NCBI RefSeq assembly: GCF_963921235.1
Contig: NC_086097.1
Span: 152,336,001-152,400,000, forward strand
Origin: Mobula hypostoma
Lineage: Eukaryota
Reading direction: 5' to 3'
Length of the DNA stretch: 64,000 bases
The notes under the pieces are model-generated. The model had not been told where the DNA came from and ran no database searches. It was given only the letters and a program-made list of their open reading frames with translations. The position numbers were made by a program, and so were the translations under genes. Within the stretch, counting starts at the first letter, position 1. The number at the start of each line of letters is the position of its first letter. Positions 1-13,777 of this stretch are shown one piece after another.

Positions 1-2150
1 AATTATGGAGAAGGATAGGTCTGGATCCAGGGTTGATATTTTTTGTTGGAAAAAGGCTAACTTTGAGGAGATTAAAAAGGATTTAGAAGGAGTGGATTGG
101 GACAATTTGTTTTATGGGAAGAATGTAAAAGAGAAATGGAGGTAACTTAAAGGTGAAATTTTGAGAGTACAGAATCTTTATGTTCCTGTTAGGTTGAAAG
201 GAAAGGTTGAAAGTTTGAGAGAGCCATGGTTTTCGAGGGATATTGGAAATCTGGTTTGGAAAAAGAGAGATATCTACAAAAATATACACAGCATGGTGTA
301 AATGAGGTGCTCGAGGAATATAAAGAATGTAAAAAGAATCTTAAGAAAGAAATTAGAAAAGCTAAAAGAAGATACGAGGTTACTTTGGCAAGTAAGGTGA
401 AAATAAATCCCAAGGGTTTCTACTGTCATATTTATAGCAAAAGGATCGTGAGGGATAAAATTGGTCCCTTAGAGAATCAGAGTGGACAGCTATGTGTGGA
501 GACAAAAGGGATGGGGGGAGATTCTAGACAATTTGTTTTCTTTGGTATTCACTAAGGAGAAGGATATTGAATTGTGGAAGACAAGGGAAGCAGGTAGGGA
601 AGTTATGGAAACTAAGATGATTAAAGAAGAGGAAGTACTGGTGCTTTTAAGGAATATAAAAGTGGATAAGTCTCCGGGTCCTGACAGGATATTCCCTAGG
701 GCCTTGAGGGAAGTTAGTGTGGAAATAACAGGGGCTCTGACAGAAATTTTTCAAATGTCATTAGAAACGGGAATGATGCAGGAGGATTGGCGTATTGCTT
801 ATGTTTTTTCATTGTTTAAAAAGGGGTCTAAGAGTAAACCTAGCAATTATTGGCCTGTGAGTTTGACATCAGTGGTGGGTAAATTGATGGAAAGTATTCT
901 TAGAGATGGTATATATAATTATCTGGATAGACAGGGTCTGACTAGGAACAGTCAACATGGATTTGTGTGGGGAAGGTCATGTTCAACAAATCTTATTGAA
1001 TTTTTGAAGAGGTTACTAGGAATGTTGACAAGGGTAAAACAGTGGATGTTGTCTATATGGACTTCAGTAAGGCCTTTGACAAGATCCGACACGGAAGGTT
1101 GGTTAGGAAAGTTCAGTTGTTAGGTATTAATATTGAAGTAGTAAAATGGATTCAACAGTGGCTGGATGGGCGATGCCAGAGCGTAGTCGTGGATAACTAT
1201 TTGTCAGATTGGAGGCCGGTGACGAGTGGTGTGCCTCAGGGATCTGTACTGGGTCCAATGTTATTTGTCATATACATTAATGACCTGGATGATGGTGTGG
1301 TAAATTGGATGAGTATGTATGCAGATGATACTAAGATAAATGGAGTTGTGGATAATGAAGTAGGTTTTCAAATCTTGCAGAGAGATTTAGGCCAGTTAGA
1401 AGAGTGGGCTGAAAGATTGCAGATAGAGTTTAATGCTGATAAATATGAGGTGGTACATTTTGGTAGGACTAATCAAAATAGGACATACATGGTAAATGGT
1501 AGGGCATTGAAGAATGCAGTGGAACAGAGGGATCTAGAAATAATGGTGCATAGTTCCCTGAAGGTGGAATCTCATGTGGATAGGGTGGTTAAGAAAGCTT
1601 TTGGTATGCTGGCCCCTATAAATCAGAGCATTGAGTATAGGAGTTGGGATGTAATGTCGAAATTGTACAAGGTATTGGTGAGATCAAATTTGGAGTATTG
1701 TGTACAGTTTTGGTCACTGAATTATAGGAAATATGTCAACAATATAGAGAGAGTACAGAGAAGATTTACTAGAATGTTACTTGTGTTTCATCACCTAAGT
1801 TACAGAGAGAGGTTGAACAAGTTGGGTCTTTATTCTTTGGAACGTAGAAGGTGAAGGGTGGACTTGATTGAGGTATTTAAAATTATGAGGGGGATAGATA
1901 GAGTTGACGTGGATAGGCTTTTTCCATTGAGGGTGGGGGATATTCAAACAAGAGGACATGAGTTGAGAGTTAAAGGGCAAAAGTTTGGGGGTAAGATGAA
2001 GGGGAACTTCTTTACTGATGGAGGAATGGAGGGTTATGGGTTGAGTGCAGGTCGGTGGGACTAGGTGAGGGTAAGAGTTCGGCATGGACTAGAAAGGCCG
2101 AGATGGCCTGTTTCCATGCTGTAATTGATATATGGTTATATGGTTATATG
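1..2150 (+). mobile_element. CR1 LINE, ORF2 (RT) and 3' end; runs off the left edge; frameshifted
   Basis: Overlapping ORFs 226-555, 482-1123, 1042-1854 and 1858-2064 give the CR1 ORF2 motifs KSPGPDRIFPR, NYWPVSLTS, YMDFSKAFD, GVPQGSVLGP and YADDTK. It ends in an octamer tail (ATATGGTT)n at about 2129-2150. About 93 nt are deleted at 2016/2017 relative to the copy at 6868. Confidence 0.95.
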
Positions 2151-2160
2151 ATGCAGCCGT

Positions 2161-2385
2161 AATTTTATCATTGCACCTTTGCGTACAGGTACTTGTGGAT
2201 ATGGTAATAAACTTGACTTTGACTTTGATTTACTGTCTGCACCACACTTTCTTTGTAATGGTAATACTTTATTGTTTTTCTTTGTACTACACTAATGCAT
2301 TGACGTGATGAAATGATCTGTAGGGATGGCATGGAAAAAATGTTTTTCATTATAGCTCAGGACACATGACTATACTAAACCAATT
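2161..2385 (+). mobile_element. Short 3'-UTR remnants of Rex1/Babar- or L2-type LINEs
   Basis: AATAAA followed by the short tandem tail cttgactttgactttga (2206-2228), similar in style to the other Rex1 tails here. No coding remnant. Confidence 0.35.
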
Positions 2386-3082
2386 TATTTATCAGTTTTA
2401 GATCAACCCTGCTCTATCAGGCACTGCTATAGATTTGAAAACATCAGAAGTGCGTCTGTGGGGAAGAGAACCAATGTTAGAATATTCATGGTATTTAGAT
2501 CTAGGCAGCTTGTGCTGTTAAAGCATAAGGGTCAGGTTTGAGTCATTGCTGTCAGAACATAATAAAAAAAAGTAGAATCACTTGCCCTCTCAAGCCTGTC
2601 CTGCTCGTCAAAATGTCCAGGGTACACCACAAGCAGGATTCATATCTTCTCTGTCAGTTCCACATGGCTGCTGATTCCCAGATCTTTCAGAAATTTACCA
2701 ACTGCCTTCTTAAACATCCACAGTAAGTCCAGCCTCCACAACCCCCATAATCCTCTGTGGAAAGTTCATCTTCATTTTGTAATAAAATCACTCCTCATTG
2801 CTCAAAAACTTGAAAAAGACAAAGCTCTAATTTCTTTAGCTGCTGGTGATAGAACAGCTCTCCTATCTGTACTATTTCCTTCTCCAAATTATTCTTCCCT
2901 CGGATGTCACATTGGAAATTTGTTTTTTTTTACATTTTGGCGATATTCATTTGACAGCAAGGGGAACAATGTCACTGCTACCGGATGACACTAGGAATTA
3001 GTCTGATAAGTTTTTTGGACTGCCAGTAGTGTCCGTATGTCCTTTCTTGTTGGCCTAGATGCTGAGTAATTTCATTACAACT

Positions 3083-3707
3083 CAGAACATGGAATATTAC
3101 AGCACAATACCAGGCCCCTTAGCACATATTGTTGTGTCAAACTTTTATCCCATTCCAAGATCAATCTAATCCTTCCCTCACACCTAATCCTCCATTTTTC
3201 TATCACCCAATATGCCTACCTATGAATTTCTTAAATGCCCCTGCCACCACCCCGACAGAGTGATTCATGCACTCACCATTCTCTTGGTAAAAACTTATCT
3301 CTGACATACCCCTATATTTTCCTCCAAACACATTAATATTATGTCTCTTTGTATTAGCCATTTATGCCCTGGGGAAGAAAGTCACAGGCTATCCATTTGA
3401 TCTACGCCTCATATCATCTTGTACACTTCTATCAAGTTACCACTCCTCCTCCTTCACTCCAAAGAGAAAAGCCCTAGCTTATTCAATGCATCCTGATAAG
3501 GCATGCTGTCTAGTGTAGGTAGCATCCTGGTAAAACTTCTCTGCACTTTCTCTAAAGCTTCCACTTCCTTCCTATAATGAGGCAACCAGAACTGAACACA
3601 ATAATCCAAATGTGGTCCAACCATGGTTTTATGGAGTCACAATATTACCTCATGGCTCTTGTTCTCAATCCCCTGACCAATGAAGGCTGACATACTATTT
3701 GCCTTCT
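3083..3707 (-). mobile_element. CR1 LINE 3' fragment (degenerate)
   Basis: Reverse complement matches the 3' ORF2/UTR of the CR1 copies (cattcttctatc-like tail region; ccagaactgaacacaataatccaaatgtgg encodes a HLDYCVQFW-like motif). Confidence 0.75.
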
Positions 3708-6039
3708 TTCCTTGCTCTCTCTTTTAAAGTACTATGGGACCTTTCATATTTGCTCAAGAAAATTAATATATTGCTTTAACAGCTCATTCAAATGCTTTCA
3801 AATAACTTGGTATCATCAGGTAGCAGTGACATTGATCCACTTGCTGTCAAATGGATGTCGGGATAAAATGTAAAAAAACAAATTTCCAATGTGACATCCT
3901 CGGGAATAACAATTTGGAGAAGGAAATTGTACAGAGAATATTGTTTTAATTCAAAAAGGGAGAAATAATGTTGAGAATTTAGAGAAACAATAAAGAGCTA
4001 CCTTCACATTGTGGTATTTATAACAACATTGATACTTAACTTGGTTATGAAACTCTTGCTTCTAGGATTAACTTTATCTCAGAAATGAACGAGCTTTCTA
4101 TTTTAGTTGGGCATAAAAACTACTACTTTGCACTGTTTTACTGATTCCCTGACAAATAGTTGTCTTTCAAATAACCCTCTAACATTTCAAAAATTTAGAC
4201 ACTTCATTACTATCTCCTAATATATGAATTGTGCATATGCTTCATTGCAATGGATAAAGCCTTACTCTTACAAACTAGCTCCTGTATAAGCTAGTGATGA
4301 TCCTACTGCTCAGCTCAGGCTTTATTGACTGTGAAGGGCTTCGAGATTCTTGAGATGGAATAGAGAAATCTGTAAATGTAAGTTGCTCCTTCAGTCATCC
4401 AATGAAAACACTATTGGAACCCTACCATGATGTAATGTTCTTAATAAGATATCATACTGGTAGAATATTACTCAAGAAATTACTGGCAAGTTAAAGTAGG
4501 AGATAAATTTGATAAGAGCACATTAAAGGTTTATGATGAAAACATCACCAACAGTGTCTTAAAGTCCATTCAGCTTGATCCCCTGTTGTTTTTGCTCTTT
4601 GTGAATTTTCTAAAGAGAGGCTATTCTTCACGCACTTACTAGATTAGATATTTATGCAGTGAGTTGACATTCACTGAATAAACATGAGCGATACTGTTTT
4701 ACTAGGACAGGATGGCTGCTTATTGAATAATTAATGTGCCTCGAATAGTGTGTATTTTATAGTGCTGGATATAACACTCCTATCTTTTCTCTACTCCTGC
4801 AATGTTCCTTTTCTAACTGCCTTTATTTCCTATGTAAAATATTTGCACCATTTCAACTACGTTCAGATCAAATGCCAAATCACTGGTCCAAATAAGTAGC
4901 TTATCAAACATCGGTTGAAATGAGGTCAAGGAAATATTATGTTTTTATGGGATCATAGAAGATCAGACATGTCTACAAAAGCATAATGTACATGATTAAA
5001 GTAAATCTTTTGACAAATTTTAATTAGTTCATAGGTGCTATTCACAGAAACAAATAAGAATGCAGCTATCAACACACGTGCTTTATTGAAGATAGAAACT
5101 CAACTAATATCAGTTTCTGTTAGAACAGCATTTTGAAACTCATATCAACTGGTTCTGAATTCCACTTCCAGTCACACACATTGAAGTTACCCTTGAACTT
5201 GTATCATACTGCTGTTGAGCGAATGTAGTCATTGGAGAAAAATAATGATAGGTATAAAGCAGCCTCTTTATTTAATAAAAGAAGACACAGCAGGCAACAT
5301 ATTGAGACCCTTTCTGGAAAAGGGCTGATTGAATCTGTACTACACGACATTTTATGTGCTAAAGATCAAAGAACTTTCAAGACAATTCAAACAAATCCAT
5401 ATTTACAATGCCATCTTTAAACTACACGTGACAATTTCAAAAGCCTGGATCTTCCAAATATCACACCCAAAGTAAGTGTGAATTATTGGTGTATCCAGTA
5501 ATGGGGTGTTGATTGGATTTATGCATATGTAGACAATCAGTTAAGTGTCTGTTTCCTGGTCTGTCATCTTCAATGCATATCTGAATCTAAAGGCTTGTGG
5601 CTGAAATTGGTTAAATTAATTGCTACATGTGCTAACTTCAAAACTCGCTCATACCACAGGACCTTTCCTTGCATCAATTAAATCATCGTGTCTAATTTCT
5701 TATGCAAAAACAGCAATATTCCCAGGAGAAAACATAAGAAAAAAGGAGCACTAAAAAGAAGCAAAACTTAAGTAATTATTGAAATATAGTGTAGAGATGA
5801 TCCATCAGGGATGATAATGATTATGTATGAACATGTGCCTGTGAGATCTCTGTTAACTTAGCTTTGGAAAAATCTATTAATTAACTCCACTCCTTCCGTC
5901 TCTCTCCCAAATTTAGAAATCCTGATTGACCTCCCTTCCTTATCCCCAGTCATGGCACTAATCTTCCCAGTTCCCCGAACTAGTCCACAAAGTTCATTTG
6001 AAGCACAAGACACAGAGATGGACCAGTAAGAGAGAGTCT

Positions 6040-6865
6040 CACAGATGTTCCATTCCCATAGTGACATGTCTGTCCTTGCCTCCTCTACTGAAAAATTGAG
6101 GTTAAATGCAGATCAGAGGAACAGCGCCTCATCCAATCTAGTGGTATGAACATTAAATTCTCTAACTTTTGGTAACAACTCCCCTTCTGCTCTATTCTCT
6201 TTTCCCTTTTCTCTCTCCTCTTGATCTATCTGGACCTCTGTACCACTGTACACACTCAATGTTTTAGGAACAGCTTCTTCCCCTCTACCATCAGATTTCT
6301 GAATGGTCCATGAACCCATGAGTACTATTTCACTATTTTGCTCTCTTTTGGCACTGCATAATTTTTTTTACATATTTTTGTAACTTATGGTAATTGTTTT
6401 AATACTTTTGCACTAAACTACTGCCACAAAGCAACCACTTTCACAACTTAAGTCAGTGATAATAAACCTGATTCTGATTCTGACCTGGTTCTCATCACCC
6501 TATCTGTTTCCTATCCTTCACCCTCTCCATCAGTCCATTACCCACATGGTCCTCCCACAGTTTCCATCCTTTTAGCCCATGCTCCACCTTCCTCTCCTAG
6601 CAGATTCCATCATCTACAGCCGTCTGTCATTCCTACCTATTTCCTCCCAGTTTTTGACATCATTCCCACTCTTCCCCTCCCCCGATCACCATCTATCTAT
6701 CACCCCCTTCACCTGGATCCAATTATCACCTGCTAGCATTTGTTCTTCTCTTTCCCACCATCTTCACATACTGGCTGTCACCCTTTCGTCTTTCAGTCCC
6801 AATTAAAGATCTTGAACCAAAATATCAACTGTCAATTTCCCTCCATACATGCTGCCTGACCCTGG
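6040..6865 (+). mobile_element. Penelope-like element family A (Neptune-like): GIY-YIG C-terminus and pseudo-LTR, interrupted
   Basis: ttccattcccatagtgacatgtctgtccttg...atgaacattaaattctctaactt encodes an SHSDMSVL...MNIKFSNF-like motif, as in the copies at 22.5, 22.9 and 59.7 kb. It is followed by a pyrimidine-rich UTR and an eroded hammerhead remnant at about 6795-6831. Confidence 0.7.
6250..6483 (+). mobile_element. Rex1/Babar LINE 3' end inserted in the Penelope fragment
   Basis: ttttaggaacagcttcttcccctctaccatcagatttctgaat encodes FRNSFFPSTIRFLN, the Rex1-type C-terminus. Tail aataaacctgattctgattctga. Confidence 0.8.
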
Positions 6866-6870
6866 GAGAT

Positions 6871-7212
6871 GTCACGGTACACATCGGGACCAATGACGTA
6901 GGGAGAAAGAGTGAGAAGATCCTGAAGAGTGAGTATAGAGAGCTAGGTAGGAATTTAAAAAGCAGGACCTCGAGGGTGGTAACCTCAGGATTTCTACCTG
7001 TGCCACGTGCCAGTGAGAGAAAGAATAGGATGCTCTGGCGGATGAACAAGTGGCTGAGGAACTGGTGTAGGGGGCAGGGTTTCAGATTTCAGGATCATTG
7101 GGACCTCTTCTGGGGCAGGTGGGACCTGTACAAGAGAGATGGGTTTTACCTGAACTACAAGGGGACCAATATCCTTGCAGGGAGGTTTGTTAGTGCTTTA
7201 GGGAGGGTTTAA
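6871..7212 (+). pseudogene. CR1 ORF1 C-terminal SGNH/GDSL-type esterase remnant
   Basis: Reads VHIGTNDVG...VVTSGFLPVPRASERKNRMLWRMNKWLRNWCRGQGFRFQDHWDLFWGRWDLYKRDGFYLN. GxND and DGxxL blocks are typical of the CR1 ORF1 esterase; the catalytic His position reads Tyr. Confidence 0.8.
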
Positions 7213-7339
7213 ACTAGATTTGCAGGGGGATGGGAACCAAAGTGCCAGAGCAGATAGCAGAGCGGGGCTGAAAGTAAATGATGTTAAAAGTTCATGCAAA
7301 GTCACAAATAGAAAGGTTGTGTGTGGTGGTAATAATCTT

Positions 7340-10108
7340 CTGAGGTGTGTCTATTTCAATGCAAGGAGTATTGTAGGGAAGGCTGACGAGCTCAGGGCGT
7401 GGATTGACACATAGTATTACGGGATTATAGCCATTAATGAAACTTGGCTACAGGAGGGGCAGGACAGGTTCTGATGTTTCAGATGAGATAGAGGCAGAGG
7501 AACAAAGGGTGGGGGTTGGCAACACTAGTCAGGGAAAACGTTACAGCAGTGCTCAGGCAGGACAGATTAGAGGGCTTGTCTATCGAGGCCATATTGGTGG
7601 AGCTGATAAACAGGAAAGGTATGACCACATTAATGGGGTTGTATTATAGACCGCCCAATAGTCAGCGAGAATTGGAGGAGCAAATCTGCAGAGAGGTAGC
7701 AGGAAACATAAAGTCGTGATAGTAGGAGATTTTAATTTTCCACATATTGAGTGGGACTCCCATACCGTTGAAGGTCTAGATGGGTTAGAGTTTGTAAAAT
7801 GTGTTCAGGAGAGTTTTCTAAATCAGTATATAGAGGTACCAACTAGAGAGGATGCAATCTTAGATCTCCTATTAGGAAACGAGTTAGGACAGGTGATGGA
7901 AGTGTGTGTAGGGGAGCACTTTGGTTCCAGTGATCATAACACCATTTGTTTCAACTTGATCATGGATTAAGATAGATCTGGTCCTCGGGTTGAGGTTCTA
8001 AACTGGAAAAAAGCCAACTTTGAAGAAATGAGAAAGGATCTAAAAAGCGTGGATTGGGACAGGTTGTTTTCTGGCAAGGATGTGATTGGTAAATGGGAGG
8101 CCTTCAAAGGAGAAATTTTGAGAGTGCAGAATTTGTATGCTCCTGTCAGGATTAAAGGCAAAGTGAGAAAGAATCTTGGTTCTCAAGGGATATTGGAACT
8201 CTGATAAACAAGAAGAGAGAGTTGTATGACATGTATAGGAAACGGAGCAAATATGGTGCCTGAGGAGTATAAAAAGTGCAAAAAATATTTAAGAAAGAAA
8301 TCAGGAGGGCTAAAAGAAGACATGAGGTTGCTTTGGCAGTCAAGGTGAAGGATAATCCAAAGAGCTTCTACAGGTATATTAAGAACAAAAGGATAGTAAA
8401 GGATAAAATTGATCTTCTTGAAGATCAGAGTGGTCGGCTATGTATGGAACCAAAAGAAATGGTGGAGATCTTAAATGGGTTTTTTGCATCTGTATTTACT
8501 AAGGAAACTGGCATGGAGTCAATGGAAATAAGGCAAACAAGTAGTGAGGTCATGGAACCTATACAGATTGAGGAGGAGGAGGTGCTTGCTATCTTGAGGC
8601 AAATCAGAGTAGATAAATCCCCAGGACCTGACAGGGTATTACCTTGGACCTTGAAGGAGACTAGTGCTCAAATTGCAGGGGCCCTGGCGGATATATTTAA
8701 AATGTCGGTATCTACAGGTGAAGTGCCGGAGGATTGGAGGATAGCTCATGTTGTTCCATTGTTTAAAAAAGGCTCTAGAAGTAATTCGGGAAATTATAGG
8801 CCGGTAGGTTTGACGTCGGTAGTAGGAAAATTATTCGAAGGAGTACTAAGAGATAGGATCTACAAGTATTTGGATAGACAGGGACTTATTAGGGAGAGTC
8901 AACATGGCTTTGTGCATGGTAAGTCATGTTTAACAAATTTATTAGAGTTTTTCGAGGAGATTACCAGGAACATGGATGAATGGAAGGCAGTGGATGTTGT
9001 CTACATGGACTTCAGTAAGGCCATTGATAAGATCCCGCATGGGAGGTTAGTTAGGAAAATTCAGTCGCTAGGTATAAATGGAGAAGTAGTAAATTGGATT
9101 AGACATTGGCTCAATGGAGGAAGCCAGCATGTGGTAGTGGAGGATTGCTTCTCTGAGTGGAGGCCTGTGACTAGTGGTGTGTCACAGGGATCAGTGCTGG
9201 GTCCATTGTTATTTTTCATCTATATCAATGATATAGATGATAATGTGATAAATTGGATCAGCAAATTTGCTGATGATACAAAGATTGGAGGTGTAGTGGA
9301 CAGTGAGGAAGGATTTCAAAGCTTGTAGGGGGAATTGGACCAGCTGGAAAAATGGGCTGAAAAATTGCAGATGGAGTTTAATACAGACAAGTGTGAGGTA
9401 TTGCACTTTGGAAGGACAAACCAAGGTAGAACATATAGGGTTAATGGTAAGGCACTGAGGAGTGCAGCAGAACAGAGGGATCTGGGAATACAGATACAAA
9501 ATTCTCTAAAAGTGGTGTCACAGGTAGATAAGGTTGTAAAGAGAGCTTTTGGTACATTGGCTTTTATTAATCGAAGTATTGAGTATAAGAGTTGAAATGT
9601 TATGGTGAGGTTGTATAAGGCATTGGTGAGGCCAGATTTGGAGTATTGTGTGCACTTTTGGTCACCCAAATACAGGAAGGATATAAATAAGGTTGGAAGA
9701 GTGCAGAGAAGGTTTACAAGGATGTTGCCAGGACTTGAGAAACTCAGTTACAGAGAAAGGTTGAATAGGTTAGGACTTTATTCCCTGGAGCGTAGAAGAA
9801 TGAGGGGAGATTTGATAGAGGTATATAAAATTATGATGGGTATAGATAGAGTAAATGTAAGCAGGCTTTTTCCGCTGAAGCTAGGGGAGGGAAAAAACAG
9901 AGGACATGGGTTAAGGGTGAAGGGGGAAAAGTTTAAAGGGAACATTGGGGGGAGCTTCTTCACACAGAGAGTGGTGGGAATGTGGAATGAGCTGCCAGAT
10001 GAAGTGGTAAATGCGAGCTCCCTTTTAACACTTAAGAAGAACTTGGACAGGTACATGGATGAGAGGTGTATGGAAGGATATGGTCCAGATGCAGGTCAGT
10101 GGGACTAG
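7340..10108 (+). pseudogene. CR1 ORF2: apurinic-like endonuclease plus reverse transcriptase, disrupted
   Basis: APE motifs CVYFNARSI, ETWL, YYRPPN, VGDFNFP, LDLLL and SSDHN. RT motifs YRPVGLTS, YMDFSKA, QGSVLGP and KFADDTK. Stops at about 7412, 7968, 9326 and 9593, plus several frameshifts. Confidence 0.93.
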
Positions 10109-11119
10109 ACAGAAAAATGGTTTGGGACAGCCAAGAAGGGCCAAACGGCCTGTTTCTGTGCTGTAATGTTCTATGGTTCTATGGTTCTCTAGCACTTCCA
10201 CAAGGCTCATTCTACTTCCCCAGATCTCAACCACATTCCTGATGGCAATTCCATTCTGTACCCTCATCTTTCATTTGCATGTTCCTACTATTAGATGTTC
10301 CTACTGTTAGATGTTTTCCTAATGCAAAGAAATACTCATATCTCAAAATAGTACAACATGACTGACATGGGAGGTCAAAGCCAATGTAAAAACAAAAGGG
10401 AAGGTGTACAATAAAGTAAAAATCTCCTATCCCCATCTCAAAAAGAAGCACATATTTTGCTATTCTTCTGTCCTGGTTTAACAAGGTTCTGCCTACTCTA
10501 TTTGGTGGACAATGAGACTGTTCTTAGACAGATTCCCACTTACATCACAGAGAGCTAGGATCAGACTATTTTTGTTTACAGTTTTATAACATAAGTAAAG
10601 AATCAAGCAAGGAAAGGGACTGTGTGATTAATGTTGTTCCTTTTTCTTTTGAAGAAGTACTTTATATACTCTTGCATCCATATTGTTCAAGACTGTCAAA
10701 ATTACTGTAATTTGTCTCCTGCAGGATTAATTAGTCAATCAAATGAAACCATTTCACTTAACAAAACATATCTTTTGTTGCTTTACCTTCATTCCTATCG
10801 ACCTGTGCTCAACAGGAATGTCAGTGGTAGGCAGTTGATCCCTCTTGCCTTTCACACTAATATAGACTTCTGTTCTTTCCTCTTACCCTTACTCTACTTC
10901 CTTTTACAAAGCTCTTTGCTTGCTGTTAATTATCAAGCTTCTTCCAGAGCTGATGTAACACAATGGAAATATTAATTCATTTCATGTTGCTACCTTCTTT
11001 TTGATATTTTCCTTTGCCTTTTCTTTCACTATTTTAAACCTAATTATATTATAATCTCCTTCACCTCCCCCCCCCACAAATCAAACATTGTTTGATAGCT
11101 TGTGTATATAACAGGACCC

Positions 11120-11625
11120 CCAACACCTCCTCATTAGTCAAGAAGACACAAAATCATCTACACTTTCCGAGGAGATTGAGACATGCAAGGCTCCTCGCTC
11201 CATTCTAAAAATTTTCTATTAGAGCACTGTTGAGAGTGTCCTGATTGTCTATATCATTGTGTGGCATGGAAACTGCAAGGAATTGGACCACAAGACCATA
11301 TAGATGATAGTAAAAATTGCCAGGATCTTCTTCCCCACTAATTGTGACATTTACTGAGAATATTGTAAATGAAGGGCCTGAAACATTTTTGAAGATCCCT
11401 AGCACCCATCCCACAAACTCTGGCCCACTACCATCAGGAAGGAGGTACAGAAGCATCAGGACTAGGACTTCCAGACTTGGTAACTGCTTCTTCACTCAGG
11501 CTGTGAGACTAATGAATACTCGGTCACAACCGATGTCTCATCACTGGACAGCGAGCTGTTACTGTTTGCCTATGCTGTACACTTCACATGCATTCTGCAT
11601 CCATTTTATTAAGTTAATAAGATCA
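11120..11625 (+). mobile_element. Rex1/Babar LINE 3' fragment
   Basis: ORF 11317-11661 contains LPSGRRYRSIRTRTSRLGNCFFTQAVRLMN, the Rex1/Babar ORF C-terminus. Confidence 0.85.
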
Positions 11626-12308
11626 CATTCAATTTCAAGTTTAAGTTTCATGGTCATATAGACCAAGTCCCTCAGCAGCATGCCCTGTAGATTGATGGTG
11701 CATGGGATGTTGTTGTGCTGCAGATGTCTTCCACGGATTGAACACTGGAGAAAAGCACTGATGCGAGGGGTCAGCCCCCAACCCAATAGGGATTCCAGAG
11801 GTCTCTTCTCTCTCCCACCTGCCTTGGCTTCTCCTCTCCTGGACAGTTGCAACAGGTTACACCGGCCACGAGGGCCTTGTTCCCACAACTACCAAGGAAA
11901 CACAGCTCTCTCACTGTTGGTCTCTCTAATAACTTGTCCAACAAGATCTTGTAATCATAATATGAACATCCAAGACAATCGTCTTCACCATTTGTTGGAT
12001 CACGCACTGCCTCCACACAATGGTATGCAACAAGTCCAGCTCCACTGCTATCAGCCCCATGCTGATGGACTTGACCTGCAGTACTTGATGTTCTTAATAT
12101 TCAGCAATGTCTTGCGATTTAAAAAGAAGTAATAAAGGACAAACACTTACACTATAATTTGACTTGGAGGGGCTGCTGCGACTGAGCACACCACCATCTT
12201 ACTGGATGGTTATCCCACTCGAGATGGACAATAGCTCGAGAGCCGGGATACTGAATTAATGAGAACTGGGACACTGGGATAAAGAACACAATAAATATAA
12301 ATAGCATT

Positions 12309-13777
12309 AGACCATAGGACTATAAGACATAGGAGCAAAATTAGGCCATTCAGCCCATTTAGTCTGCTCCAGCATTCCATCATAGCTGATTTATTATCTG
12401 TCTGAGCCCCATCTGTAACCTTTGATGCCCTGACTAATCAAGAATCTATCAATCTCTGCTTTAAATATGCCTACTGACATGGCCTCCACAACCATTTGTG
12501 GCAATGAGTTCCACAGATTCACTACACTCTTATTAAATAAATTCCTCCTCATTTCTGTTCTAAATGGGCATCCCTCTATTCTGAGTCTATGCTTTCTGGC
12601 CCTAGATTCTAGAACTATAGGAAACATCCCCTTCACATCCACTCTGTCTAGGGCTTTCAATATTTGATAGGTTGCAATAAAATTCCCTCACAATTTTTCT
12701 GACCTCCAGTGACCACAGGCCCAAAGTCATCAAATGTTCCTCAGACTGTACACTGGCTTTTCATCCCCAGAATAATACCCATGAAACTCCTCTGGGCCCT
12801 CTCCAATGCCAGTACATCTTTTCTTAGATTAGCGGCCTGAAACTGCTCACAATATTTCAAGTGCAGTCTGTCCAATGCCTTATAAAATTTCAGCCTTAAA
12901 TCCTTGCTTTTATATTCTTGTCCTCTTGAAATGAATGCTAACTCTGCATTTGTTTTCCTTACCACTGACTCAATTTGCTATTTAAAATTCTGGGAATCCT
13001 GCACAAGGACTCCCAAGTCGCTTTGCACCTCTGAATTTTGAATTTTCTCCCCATTTAGAAAATAGTCTATGCCTTTATTCCTTCTACAAAAGGGCTTGAC
13101 CATACACTTCCCAACTCTGTATTCCATCTGCCACTTTTTTGCCCACTCTCCTCATCTAAGTCCTTCTGCAGACTCCCTGCTTCCTTACTATTACCTGCCT
13201 CTCCACTTATCTTTGTATCATCCTTAAACTTAGCCACAAGACTATCAATTCTGCCATGCAAATCATGGGCATATAGCAGGAAAAGGAGTGGTCCCAACAC
13301 AAACCCCTATGGAACACCACTAGTCATCAGCAGCCAACCAGAAAAGGCTCCCTTTATTCCCTCTCTTTGTCTCCTGTCAGTCAGCCAATGCTCTATCCAT
13401 TCTAGTATTGTTCTTGTAATATCATGGGCTCTTAACTTGTTAAGCAGTCTCATGCGTTCCACCTTATCAAAGGCCTTTTGAAAATCCAAATAAACAACAT
13501 CCACTGACTCTCCTTTGACTATCCTGCTTGTTATTTCTTCAAAGAATTCCAACAAATTTGTCAGAAGATTTCCCCTTGAGGACTTCCCCAAGTTGACTTT
13601 GGCCTATTTTATCCTGTGCTTCCAATTACCCTGAAATCTCATCCTTAATAATGGACTCCAACATCTTCATAACCACTGAAGTCAGGTTAACTGGCCTATG
13701 TATTACTTCCTTTCTTCAGTCTCCCTCCCTTCTCACAGAGTACACTGACTTTTGCAATTTTTCATTCTTCTGGAACC
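12309..13777 (-). mobile_element. CR1 LINE (second subfamily), 3' part of RT
   Basis: Minus-strand ORFs LTNLLEFFEEITSR..VYLDFQKAFDKV, LGPLLFLLY..KFKDDTKI and RNLFNKSVVNLWNSLP. Tail gaccataggactataagacatagg is a (CTTATGGT)-like repeat on the minus strand. Confidence 0.92.

Larger units (their letters stand above)
6868..10187 (+). mobile_element. CR1 LINE, 5'-truncated within ORF1; near-complete ORF2
   Basis: ORF1 esterase C-terminus, then ORF2 APE plus RT. Tail (TTCTATGG)n at about 10169-10187. It interrupts the Penelope terminus (gctgcctgaccctgggag | ttctctagcac). Confidence 0.97.

Noticed and set aside
5400..5480. Possible exon ending at aaa|gtaagt (5471)
   Set aside because: Donor-like site only. 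No convincing acceptor or recognisable peptide.
8276..9328. Longest ORF (350 aa) as a functional RT gene, retron or defence RT
   Set aside because: It is a fragment of CR1 ORF2 bounded by frameshifts and stops, within a 5'-truncated LINE.
11680..12132. 150-aa ORF as a gene
   Set aside because: No recognisable domain or splice context, and it lies in a probable repeat.
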